From Xylographa opegraphella (Eukaryota): DNA of 20,000 bases. The translations under genes were made by a program, and so were the position numbers. The notes beneath the pieces were generated by a model. That model worked only from the letters and a program-made list of their open reading frames with translations, was not told the DNA's origin and did no database searches. Of the stretch, positions 1 to 10,358 are shown one piece after another. The stretch is from positions 363,088-383,087 of the forward strand of contig JALDZX010000019.1 in NCBI GenBank assembly GCA_022813865.1. Direction: 5' to 3'. The stretch's first letter is position 1. Each line of letters starts with the position of its first letter.

Positions 1-61
1 AAAACATCTTATCCATTATCCATTCCCAAGCCATGCCACTCTACTCCACTCCACCGCCAAA

Positions 62-2331
62 TCAGGACGAGCAAGTATTTTCCTCTCCTGAACCGCCTGT
101 TTGTCCCGGCCCGGCCTCATCCGTACCACTCGGCCTCACCATCGTCGTGAATCCAGATGGCGTGGCGGTATACCCCGGAATAAGTTGCGTAGTTTCACCG
201 GTTGGTGCAGGAGCAAAGGAGTAGATCTCGGTCGTAGAAGCCGCTGTATCAACCGAGACGGTGGTTGTAGAGGGTGTGACTGATGATTCAGCCGCGTATA
301 GATTCGCTGATGTCGAAGTACTGATTGTGGTCGGAGCCGGGACGTAGCTGTACTCGAAGGTTGTGGATGCGAAGACACTGATGGAGGCTGGGGTGGAGGT
401 GGAGTAGAGCGCAGGGCCGGAGTCAGAGCTGGAGGCTGGAGTGTACGCATACGCGTAGGCTGTCGATGTCGACGAAGTAGGGAGATCACCGGAACCAGAT
501 GTTGGGCTTAGGGTGCAGGCGCATGTAGTGGATACAGCTGAATCAGAATATGTAATCGCAGCAGCGCTAAACGAGTATGGAAAGGACGTCGTCGAGACGG
601 AGCTTGTAGAGATCGTGGATACGGCTGAATCAAATGTAACCGCAGCAGCGCTAAACGAGTAGGGAAAGGATGTCGTCGAGACGGAGCTTGTAGAGATCGT
701 GGATACGGCTGAATCAGATGTCACCGCTGCGGCGCTAAATGAATATGGAAAAGACGTCGTCGAGACCGAGCTCGAGGAGATCGTGGATACAGGGAAGCCA
801 GGATATGTGACTGCAGCGGCGCTAAATGAATACGGAAAAGACGTCGTCGAGACCGAGCTCGAGGAGATCGTGGATACAGGGGAACCAGGATATGTGACTG
901 CAGCGGCGCTAAATGAATATGGAAAAGACGTCGTCATCGGGACGGAGCTTGTAGAACCTGTAGAGTATAGGGGAACACTATCGACGGTTGATGACATAGA
1001 GGTTGTCGTAGCTTGTGTTGCTATGGTCTCGAGACTCCTGGTCGCTGAAGAATCAGTGGCACTCGTGGTTGTCGCTAGGCTAGTCGCAGTAGTTGAAGCC
1101 GGAACTGTAGTGGTGGAATTAGACCCAGTAGCACCCCTAGCGAAACATTGAGAAACGAGCTCTTGATCTGTCCAACCCCCCGCAGCGTTGCCAGAAGGAG
1201 TCATTGACAGGACGTAATCTGTTGCAAATGACCCGGCGGCCCAGCCGGTGTAGCCCAGGTAAACGTCGGAATTGGCGTCAAGGTAACTGAGTGCCTGACA
1301 GACCGCAACTAAGCAGTCGGCATTGGAGCTTCCTCCGCCAGTCTCAGAGAGAAGCGCTTGACGGTTGTTGGCACGGAGATAGTCCGCCAGAGGACTGAAT
1401 GATGTATCAATCTGATTGGAGACACAGTCTGCGCTGGTGCCAGAGCCATCCGAGTCGAAATACTTGTGGACGTCGAAGACAAGGTTCGTCTTGGAGCCGT
1501 CTGGATTAGTAACGTCACAAAGTGCTGCTGCGGAACCTCCAGAAACGAAAGACTCGGCAGATGTATAGTCGTTCCCTGGAAGTAGGATAATCTGTGAGGT
1601 GGCGCCAGCAGTTCGAATGGCAGTTACTGCCGCTTGCACGGAAGCTGCCCACAGATGGATATCAGGCACTGGTCATGTTATTTAGTATGGTCAAAGTCGA
1701 TCGGAGAAACAACGGCTTACAATCATGAGGCTCGTTCATGAGTCCAAACAAGACCTTACTCTCTGAAGCATACTTAGTAGCCAGCTGACTCCAGAGACTG
1801 GCAAATTGATCATTTGTTGGCCCGCCCTGGCCAATGATTGCTCCATTCCAGCGAGCATAGTTATGAATGTCAATCAGACAATGACTCCCTGTCGCCAGAC
1901 AAGCCTGAACGATCATATCGTAATTCTCAGAATATGTCGAATCCAGGGGTCCACCGAGGACGTTGTTGACCAGGTATTGCCATGCGACCGGCAGACGGTA
2001 CAGGTTAAAGTTGTTAGCATTGGTGAAGTGAAGCATCTGGCCAGCCCCATCTGGCCCATTAAGTTCACGCAGAGCGCCATAAACATTGGTGGTAATGCAT
2101 GTTCCCTGGGAGGGTTTTAGCATTCGGATCAAGCAGCGACTTGAGAGTTGAATAGCTAACACACATCTGTGGAGCATCCAAAATCGAACCTAGGCTTGAT
2201 TAGCAAGACCAAATGCACTCGAGTACTCGTATATCATACCCGGCAATGTTCACGCCCTTGAATTGAACAGCAGCAAGAACACTACTTAGGTTCACGACTA
2301 TAATGGACCCCAAAAGAAAGTGGAACAACAT
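62..2331 (-). CDS. Secreted GH5 (Cel5A/EGII-like, probably GH5_5) endo-beta-1,4-glucanase with long Ser/Thr-rich C-terminal tail
   Basis: Signal peptide-like start MLFHFLLGSIIVVNLSSVLA. Introns 2190-2239, 2106-2164 and 1669-1720 rebuild GVNIAGFDFGCSTDGTC (25-nt exon 2) and the acid/base motif GLMNEPHDLPD. Other motifs: RLPVAWQYL, IDIHNYARWNG, FDVHKYFDSDGSGT, nucleophile LSETGGG, WAAGSF. No CBM1 seen. Confidence 0.93.
526..936 (-). repeat. Intragenic tandem repeat, 5 copies of an 84-87 nt unit (TTSFPYSFSAAAVT...VSTISxSSVS)
   Basis: Anchor GCGCTAAA recurs at 564, 648, 732, 819 and 906 (periods 84, 84, 87, 87 nt), all preserving frame. Confidence 0.95.
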
Positions 2332-3432
2332 AGCTAGAACGAATGTGTGGTAGAAATCAAAGCTGTAAAGAATGTTAGTGATCTTCACAAATTCACAATA
2401 AAACCAGTCAAGCAAAACAAGAGGGACAAGAACGACGAGCGCGTATGCAGATGAAACGAACGGAGCATGGCATACTCTTGTATCCCTTAGCTTGTCAGAA
2501 CACAATCATTTCCCCGGACATAGAGTCGTTCAAATATCCGCTATTGGTCGGCAGCAGCTTCAAGCAAGAGCGGGATGCCTCGTACGCTCCGCAGCCATGG
2601 GGGGGCGCTTGTCGCAACACAACTTACATTTCCGCGTCCATTAAGAGCGAGATTGGATGAAGCCATAGGAAGCGTTGTAATAGCAGCTGGGGAGCATGCT
2701 GAGCTCGGCACGGATATCCTATGCTTGCCACACGGCATCAAGCTTGAGCTTAGGCTCGTCCCCTTCATCACTCGGAGGGGGGATCTCGGATGATGGATTC
2801 AAAGCCATAAGCAGCAGACTGGCCGAGACACAATTCGGCCGTCTGACGAAATTGGGGGCATTCGGGGCGAGGAGGAGAAGCTGGAGGGGAGGACTGGCGG
2901 CGTTTCATGTAGCGATCCAAGCAATTCGACCGCGGCAGAAACAACGTTCTTATCCCACCCGTGTGCTTGTTTCATCAAACTTGGGAACAATCGGCCAGCT
3001 CTACAGGCCGTGAAGTCAGCGTAGACCTCGGACCAATTATGATGCGATCATCTATCCCGGTCAACGCCCTGCCTCCTTTTGTATCACGTTGCGTCAATCA
3101 TGTCGCCAAGTCATATGCATGGCTCTTTGGGGGCACTAATGTCAAAAATTGTTTGTCATACAGAATCTCCAGCTCGCCGAGCAACTCAAGCAAGCGCCGG
3201 CAGTAAAAGGTGAATACATATTGGTATGAAATTACGGGTCTTTTTGGCCCAGCTACAATTTAGTTACATGATTCACCCTCATCCACACGCCAAGAAGCCA
3301 CCACAACGTCCTGTTGCAAGACTTTCCAGTCACGGTGCTTCTCGCTTTCTAGTGATTCTCATGCCCTTTCGGACGATATCCGAAGCCGTCTGAAGACAAA
3401 TCCCACGCACGGAGTGAGAGGACAGTTCAGTG

Positions 3433-5649
3433 TTAAGCTCCCGGTGGTGGGGGAGGCGGCAAATCGCTTGGAGGCTATCAACTGTTAGTGACTATTGATC
3501 GTTCTGGTTGGGTGTAAGACTTACCGGAGGGGGAGGAGCATCCCCAGGCGGCGGAGGAGGTGGAGGATTTCCCGCAGAGCCGTTGCCATTGTACTGGAAC
3601 AGTGCATTGAGCCCGGGTGGAGCACCAAGACCCACCGCGGCCAGTCCAGGAGGAGCACCCATACCTCCAGCGTATCCATTACCGTTACCATAGCCTGGGT
3701 AGGCCCCGTAACCACCCGGAGGCGGAGGAGGAGGCGCAGCTTGCTGTTGCCAGGGAGCAGCGCCGCTGTTCTGCTGCCCATGGCCATAGCTGTCCCCACC
3801 ACGCCCAGCAGCGGCCCACGGCGGAGCAGATCCACCATCTGGAGCACCATAATCATCACGATGACTACGATCGTCTCCCCCGCGTTGCCAAGGCGCTGCT
3901 GCGCCTGTGGGTCCACGTTGCCACGGCTTAAGATCACCTCGATCACCTTCACCGTATCCATCTTGATTGTCATAGCCTCCAGGCCCTGCTTCGATGCGCT
4001 GAGGAGCTTGCCCATTGGCGGCAGGGGCACCACCAGAAAGTTCTTGCATGAGTTGCTGTGGAATGTTAGGATGTGATATTTACCCAGAAAGGTTTGACTG
4101 ACCTCATATTCCCGATCAACAGCATCACCACCACCAATACGTCCTGCGGGCGCACGATCAGGACCACCAATAGGCGGGCCGTTACGCCAGTCAGCTCCAC
4201 GCTGCCTATCAGGACAGTCTCGAGCCATATGTCCTGCGTTGCCACACACTCTGCAAATGATGTTGGCCGTGAAATTGCGCTGTTCAGGACAATCGTATTT
4301 GCGGTGACCGATTTGGCCACCTATGAGTATTAGAAGCTGTCGAAGATTTCAACTGGTATTGCAATCTGTACTTACAGTTTTGACAAGCTTGATTCTCGTC
4401 ATCGCGCAATGTTCCGTTGAGAGCTGCAAGCTCTCGAAGCTGGTTTCGTTTGAGCTCATTCTGTCCCTCGGGGATCGAGGCAGCCTTCGTAGCGTTAGCA
4501 GGTCACGAGTTGCTAGCGTTCCGCTGAACTTACTGTTTCAATGACATTGTGGATCAACTTCTTTGCTTTGTTAACTTTTTCTTCGGTATCGGCCATTATC
4601 AAACAATGCAAATCTTCTTCCTGGTTACTGGTGTGAGCAGCATCAGATCGACCTTTTCCTTCTTTGACTGATCCTTTCCCACGAATGGCAATCTTGGCTT
4701 GCGACTCAGTCTCCATCTTTTTAAGTGTATTGCCTCGAGGCCCGATAAGTAAGCCGACTTCAGTACACGAACGCAAGCTAAGTGTTAGTCTATGTAGGTC
4801 AATACGTATAGCAATGTGTATGTAATATGAGCAGGGTTAGTGGTAACATATGCTGCTTCCTTCGTGAAAAGCGGCAAGCATCGACAAAAAGCATGATGAG
4901 AAAATAAGAAAAGAGGTTAGGAGTTAGAGGGTTAGTTATCATACTGAAGTTAATCTCTGGGTAGTCATTGACAGGTACATAGACTTTCTCCTGTGTCTTA
5001 GTAGGACGTCTGTAGTCCGAGGGCGGATGATAGTTAGGAATAATCTTCATGGCTTTCTCAATCTGCCTGTGGCGCTCATCTTCAAGACGCTTGCGATACC
5101 GGTATTCGCGTGTGTTCACGCGACGACCAAAGTTATCATACTGAGGTGGAGGAGACGGAGACCTATATCCATCCATGAGTTCTTGTTCTAGCTTACGGGG
5201 AAAGGGTACGAACCTATCACCATCTGCAGGAACAACATCATCTATTCTTAGCTTCTCGCTAATCTCTTGAATCCGTAGATGCAACGTGTAAGCCTCAAGC
5301 TGTTCGTTAGTCATATTCGCCTTGATCATAGTAGGCAATCCCATCAAGCCAGCAGCTTTATTTTCAGATGCATCTCCCCATCGATTTCTCTTCTTGCGTC
5401 GCCTCTCACCCGCATCAACAGGATCGGCTTCGCAGCAGTTAGTTGTATGGTTCCTCCTAAGAGAGCCAAAGACCTACGACGCTCTGGACTACGGCCACGC
5501 TTATAGCCATCGGACAAGCCAGTCGGAGGCTGAGCTGCACTGTAGCCACCACCATCGTCACCAGGTGTAGAGTCGCCTCCAAAGCGACGGCGATTGCCTA
5601 GAGGAATGTTATTCGAGCCGGTGATTCCCTGACCTCTCTGCCACGCCAT
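3433..5649 (-). CDS. MSL5: Branchpoint-bridging protein / splicing factor 1 (SF1/BBP)
   Basis: Introns 5428-5477, 5163-5213, 4758-4944, 4485-4533, 4321-4375, 4056-4102 and 3475-3524 give one continuous frame. It contains the ULM KKRNRWG, RSPSPPP, the KH domain [22 protein letters not shown]...[16 protein letters not shown]2 [12 protein letters not shown], two CCHC knuckles ([28 protein letters not shown]) and a Pro/Gly-rich tail. Confidence 0.97.
4758..4944 (-). promoter_or_regulatory. SF1 intron 3 with clustered branchpoint-like motifs and competing 3' splice sites (candidate autoregulatory element)
   Basis: 187-nt intron with GTATGA donor. CTAAC motifs at 4931-4936, 4923-4928, 4916-4921, 4836-4842 and 4784-4790. 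Pyrimidine tract at about 4898-4915. TAG acceptors at 4790-4792 and 4778-4780 are out of frame; AAG at 4758-4760 is in frame. The intron is certain, its regulatory role is inferred. Confidence 0.7.
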
Positions 5650-6158
5650 GATAGAGGTAGTGGCGCTTGCGTAATCTTGAGGGTTTGAAGTTGTAGAGGA
5701 GAGCCGATGAAAGGTGAAGTTGTGTCTTAGGCGCGTTATTTCATTCTAAGACAAATGGGGTTTGGCGCAAAGGTAATGGCCCCCTTCCCGTCCGCCCTCG
5801 GCCGTATCCTTGGCCCCTTTTCAACTGCAAGTCGTGCAACACGATTCACTACCACTTTTCTAAGAATATGATTACTTGATCGTAAGACCTGAAACCGTGA
5901 GTTTATTATTAATGGGCTAGTCCAATAATTCCTGGATCCAAAATATCGCAAATCAGATGCCTAGCTTGGCTAGAATACCCAACGTAACCATTCCCACAAT
6001 TTCTATCTTGCATAGAGGTGAATCTGGAAAAAACATCACCACCATCAAGCGTTCTAGCCAGCCAGGAGCTGCAGAGCCGACCTTACCGAAATAATGTTCA
6101 TGTGGATTAAGTCCCTTTCTCATTATTCTTATACTTCCGTGTTTCCTTTAGGACTGCT

Positions 6159-7178
6159 TCAAGCAGCATCAACGAGTCTCGCTCCCTCATCACGTCCGTT
6201 CGCTGTACGGTTACCAGAATTCGTTCGTTCTGGCTCATCGAGGAACCTACCACCTCCCGTTCCCTCTTCGTCATCTCTTTCCTCACCTATTATTCTTCCT
6301 CCGTTTAGCCTCCCAAATTCGCCCTGCCCCCTTTCGCCACGAAACCATTCGGGTCTGATTCTCACAGCCAATAAGAACATAATCTAGCGAATAGTATGTC
6401 AGCTGCGTTGAACTCTCTCAAGGTCTCTTGTGTGTGGCAACAACTGATTGATACAGAGACCCCCAAAGGATTGTTTCGCTGACCTGCATCACCAGAACAC
6501 CTACGCCCACACCGACTACCATCCCAAGTATGGACCTCCCCTCCGCCGTCCAAATTGCTTCGCAGGATTCATTTCGCCCGAACCTTTGTATGCATGCCTC
6601 TGCAACCACTCCTTTGGCAGGGAAAGGCCATGCCATGTGCTTAACGGTACTGAACCCGCAGCACTCCAACGAATCCTGGATTGCTTTCACCGCGCTCTCG
6701 TTCTTTTCTTGAAACATTTGCTTCCATCGAGACTCCAGTCCACATGTGAGAGTCGGTTCTGACAGCGCCGTTGAAGCGAGCGTGATGAGGAGAGTGTCAA
6801 GCATAAAGAGCACAGTTATAGCTATCTCGCGGGATGGGACAATAAAGCGAGTACATGATGCGGAAAAAGCTTTACCACCGGTCAATCGAAGCATGGGACG
6901 AGGTGGACCTCTTGCAACCGCAAAGAGGATAGCATTGGTAAGGAAAGGGAGGATAATAGCTAGAACTTCGGTCGTAATAGAGGCTGGGAGGAAGAATGTA
7001 CGGGCACGAATAGAGGCAACAACGGCGAGAATCGTAAGCGCGAGAGACGGCTACACAATAAATCTCGTTAGTAGACATTTTGGCCGAGACCTCCATCATG
7101 ACGAAATTGTTGCAAGCCGATGGAAGGAGTGCGCTCACGTACTAGAAATGTAACGGCAAAAGTAATGAAGCTGTGCAT
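6159..7178 (-). CDS. Fungal tetraspanin, Tsp3-like
   Basis: Introns 7051-7142 (GTACGT..TACTAAC..TAG) and 6384-6483 join four hydrophobic segments. The large loop has TCGLESRW...IQDSLECCGF...AWPFP...C...C (CCG motif), followed by a charged C-terminal tail. Confidence 0.8.
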
Positions 7179-7505
7179 ATTGCTGACGAGTACCTTAACA
7201 ATCAGTTATAGGTTCTGGGAAGCAGGTTGGAGGAGTTGCAATACTCCTCAAGGAAAGTGGGGTAAAGATAGAACATGTGCATGGCTGATGAATTCGTGTA
7301 ACATTCACAGTCGGGCCGATGCAAACTACGAAATAGGCAAGAGAAGAACAAACCGGGGACGATGGTTGGCCGACGAGAACAACGGATCGATTGGAGATTT
7401 GATAACGAAGAAGCTCCAAATATCAGGAATTTGGATATCATTTCGTCTTCTATTATGTAGACTACTCTAACTATGGCACGGCCGATCGGAATTCTCATTC
7501 GAAGA

Positions 7506-9662
7506 CTACTTCATTGCTGAACCATCCAGCGGGTGAACCCAGTCGTTCTGGAGATCCAAATCAAGCATGGATGCCCAATCTGTGCCAACGTCCAAATATG
7601 AATAGTCAGAAATTGGAAAGCTATAATTGTTGAATGATACGAACGGATCTGCGTCCAGCTCCACTCCTTCACTGGCTGATTCTCCTAGTGTCAGGAGTTG
7701 ACTGCCGAGACTTGTCGTCGAAGGCGATGGCGTGGTCATCCGCGGCTTGCCAATGCGAATTCTTCCGAAGTACGGTATGGTCACTTGGTACGCCTCAGGG
7801 GTATTATACTCATTGCACCCGTAACGGGCGTCACCGAATTGACGAAGGACCTGAGCGGCTTGGATAGCCACGGGAGAAATCCTTTCCACGCCAATAGTCT
7901 CGAAATCTTCCCTGATGCTATTCACAAGATCCCAGTCGCTGTCTTCTTGGATAAGATCCCTACGCCCACGATTGTTGGCATGCTGATTGAGAAGATCGAG
8001 AACAAGTACCATCGAAGCCGTAAAGGCTTCGAAATCGATGAGATTGCACACTAGGAGAGCGCCGTTCGCCCGTAGAATCTGGTAGCATTTGATCATTTCT
8101 CTTGAAGATTCGAGCCCACTGATTCTGCTCATCTCGTAACGGCGATCGGTGAACGACTTCAACAGATACGGAAGGTGAAGTAGCTTCCGGTCATTGTGAT
8201 ACAAAAATTTAGCGACAAACATATCACGAACGACATTAGCGGCCATACCAGGTATCGGCAGAGCTTCCCACCATCCGGGTGGCATGGAATTCCGAGCCTC
8301 TTCCAGTTCTTGGTCGATTTTGAGGGTGTCAATCAGGGACGCATTGTTGAGGTCGCTGTTTCGATGTATTATATGTCCTGCAATCACACTCAACTTGGAT
8401 AGAAGGCCATCTCCGTACCGCCCAGCTTGCTCTTCATCTGCAAAGTTCTTACGATTGAAGTCATTGTCCAGTGTCGAGTAAGGAAGGCCCAAAATGAGGG
8501 AGAGATGTCGGTCGCCTAGCGACATCTGAAACCAAAGGTCCGCTTTCCGCTTCGCCAGGGGATCAGTCGTGCTTCGGACTGGTCGATGAATACCCACGAA
8601 GTACGCGAGCCCAGTGGCCCTCCGTCCCAGTAGCCAGGCCTTTCGAGGTTTTCCTTCGTCGACATAGAAACGAATCTGCAGCACCATGCACTCCAATCCA
8701 TCAAGGGTAGAAGCTAGGCCTTCCTCTGAAGCAAGCAGGGTTTCCACGAAAGCCATGTAGCGTTTCTGAAGCACGTCTGGTTTTGTGGGTAAATTCCATT
8801 GACCATGGCCAAATCGTCCAGATAATTGCTGAAAACAGACGGCCATACAAATCAGAATCTTCGCAGTATCGCCGACATTGCCCGAATCTAGACACTGTCG
8901 TATATGATTCCTCAGACGGGTGATCTGATCGGTCTCGGTCTCATAAGTCCTGGGCACTAGCATATTGGGAAAATACTTCTGCCAATTCTGCCAACAGCAA
9001 AGACAGAGGCGAATGATCTGTGTCAAGTCATCGTCATTTGGCACGAGAGCTTTCACGGCCATCGGAATCCGAGATCCTGTATCAAAAAATGGCTGGAACG
9101 TCCTGCTTCCTGCATCGAGCGAGCTGTTTTCAGTCTCGTTACGAGCATCAACCATCGTGTCGGCTTCCTGTCGTATGACCGCATTGTCAAAGAGGCTAAG
9201 CAAAGGCGCGCTGTCGAAAGAATGAGGCGGGATCGAGGTCACTGTTTCTCCTTGCAAGTGGGCGATGCCACCCTCGGGACTCTGGCTTCGTTCGTCGCTG
9301 GCACCGCTTGGAGAAGGGGATATGCCCAGCTGGAGTGTTTCGAGAGCTTCGGCGGCGCTCATATCCGGATACCCAGTCCGCACGACATATTTGGCGGTGT
9401 CTAATCTTTGGAGTATCTGGGTCACCATTTTTTCCAGCTTGTCTGCCCTGTCACGCACCGTCCGTGGCCGACCGGCGGGGCGTGATTTAGCATCCGAATA
9501 TTCTTGCGGAACACAGCGCGTTCCTCTTGTAGTACAGCCGGCGCATACACGAGTATTGGAATCGGAAATACATTTTATCTTTCGCCGACGACATTCCACG
9601 CAGCTATGTGTGCCTTTCCGCACTTTGGAAAGAGAATCAAGCCTAACCTTAGTTTTGTGCAT
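7506..9662 (-). CDS. Zn(II)2Cys6 fungal transcription factor with middle homology region
   Basis: Intronless ORF with KVRKGTHSCVECRRRKIKC-x7-CAGCTTRGTRC and an MHR-like segment (GKPRKAWLLGRRA...DRHLSLILGLPY). Start at 9662 is preferred; the frame stays open to an ATG at 9839. Confidence 0.92.
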   Translation of the reverse strand: MHKTKVRLDSLSKVRKGTHSCVECRRRKIKCISDSNTRVCAGCTTRGTRCVPQEYSDAKSRPAGRPRTVRDRADKLEKMVTQILQRLDTAKYVVRTGYPDMSAAEALETLQLGISPSPSGASDERSQSPEGGIAHLQGETVTSIPPHSFDSAPLLSLFDNAVIRQEADTMVDARNETENSSLDAGSRTFQPFFDTGSRIPMAVKALVPNDDDLTQIIRLCLCCWQNWQKYFPNMLVPRTYETETDQITRLRNHIRQCLDSGNVGDTAKILICMAVCFQQLSGRFGHGQWNLPTKPDVLQKRYMAFVETLLASEEGLASTLDGLECMVLQIRFYVDEGKPRKAWLLGRRATGLAYFVGIHRPVRSTTDPLAKRKADLWFQMSLGDRHLSLILGLPYSTLDNDFNRKNFADEEQAGRYGDGLLSKLSVIAGHIIHRNSDLNNASLIDTLKIDQELEEARNSMPPGWWEALPIPGMAANVVRDMFVAKFLYHNDRKLLHLPYLLKSFTDRRYEMSRISGLESSREMIKCYQILRANGALLVCNLIDFEAFTASMVLVLDLLNQHANNRGRRDLIQEDSDWDLVNSIREDFETIGVERISPVAIQAAQVLRQFGDARYGCNEYNTPEAYQVTIPYFGRIRIGKPRMTTPSPSTTSLGSQLLTLGESASEGVELDADPFVSFNNYSFPISDYSYLDVGTDWASMLDLDLQNDWVHPLDGSAMK

Positions 9663-9801
9663 GGTATTGATGTCGCGAGAAGCTATGTATAACAAATTAA
9701 CGGAGGCTGGAGGCAGGAAACGGGAGAAGCTCTGGAGAAGTCCGTCCGAGATAGGCTCGTAGTGTTGCAGGTAATGCACAGTAGTTTGATGCCTGGGTAC
9801 A

Positions 9802-9833
9802 TTCGTCGGCGTCTTTCGTCCGTTTTTCGTCCG
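9802..9833 (-). promoter_or_regulatory. CGG-N8-CGG direct repeat (CGGACGAA x2 plus CCGACGAA), candidate Zn2Cys6 site upstream of the TF
   Basis: Plus strand has TTCGTCCG at 9815-9822 and 9826-9833, and TTCGTCGG at 9802-9809. Confidence 0.5.
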
Positions 9834-10212
9834 CGACATTGGTAAGCGATAAGTAGGGGGCTTCGGGGGTTTATTGACCGATTATTCATGCTTACAAGTA
9901 AGATACGTCGTAGGTTCACGAACTTTGCCATAGTCTCTTAAGTCAAACTTTCGCTGCATTGTTACTGTTCATTCCGAGATACCAGACCGAGTTCCTGAAT
10001 GACCTCTGGAGTACAACCGTTGAAGGCGAGTCCCAGGACTATCCCAGGGCTAAAAATTCTGAGCGGCGGTTGGTTGTCATCTAAGAATAGATTTGAATCC
10101 CCGCTGTCTGACACTTGAACTCCTCATACACGTAAAGTACCGAAGGTGCGGTATGTAAAGTAGACTGGGGAGTTCGTGGTGATCACCGCCAGTCTCCCGG
10201 TTTGATATCGTC

Positions 10213-10244
10213 GGAGATACCGAATGCTGGTGTTCCGTATCTCC
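10213..10244. repeat. 12-bp inverted repeat (11/12 match, 8-nt spacer) in the TF-MFS intergenic region
   Basis: GGAGATACCGAA-TGCTGGTG-TTCCGTATCTCC. Confidence 0.7.
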
Positions 10245-10322
10245 AGTAACTCCATCGGATTAGACCACTGGTCACTTCAAGGAACTGCCTCACTACTGCT
10301 TACCTACCTAGCCTGAGCTCGA

Positions 10323-10329
10323 TGAGTCA
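10323..10329. promoter_or_regulatory. TGAGTCA, Gcn4/CpcA (AP-1-type) consensus upstream of the MFS gene
   Basis: Exact 7-mer match, single copy, could be chance. Confidence 0.25.
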
Positions 10330-10358
10330 ATCAAAGCTTGCTGACAGCCGTCTGCTCA

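Noticed and set aside
526..936. Regularly spaced repeats resembling a CRISPR array
   Set aside because: Eukaryotic context, the whole unit is repeated with no unique spacers, and it lies in frame within a CDS.
699..1151. 150-aa plus-strand repetitive ORF
   Set aside because: Antisense shadow of the GH5 Ser/Thr repeat tail.
2687..3172. CreA-type SYGGRG hexamers (2687, 2881, 3167) and a GGCCGA-N8-TCGGCC dyad (2821-2840) upstream of the GH5 gene
   Set aside because: Biologically plausible, but such short degenerate motifs are expected by chance at this density.
3495..4249. 193-aa and 242-aa alternative-frame ORFs over the SF1 3' region
   Set aside because: By-products of GC-rich Pro/Gly codons and of reading through introns.
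9663..9839. 59-codon in-frame N-terminal extension of the TF ORF
   Set aside because: Zn2Cys6 domains usually sit near the N-terminus, and this stretch contains the CGG repeat array, so it is more likely promoter or 5' UTR. Not fully excluded.
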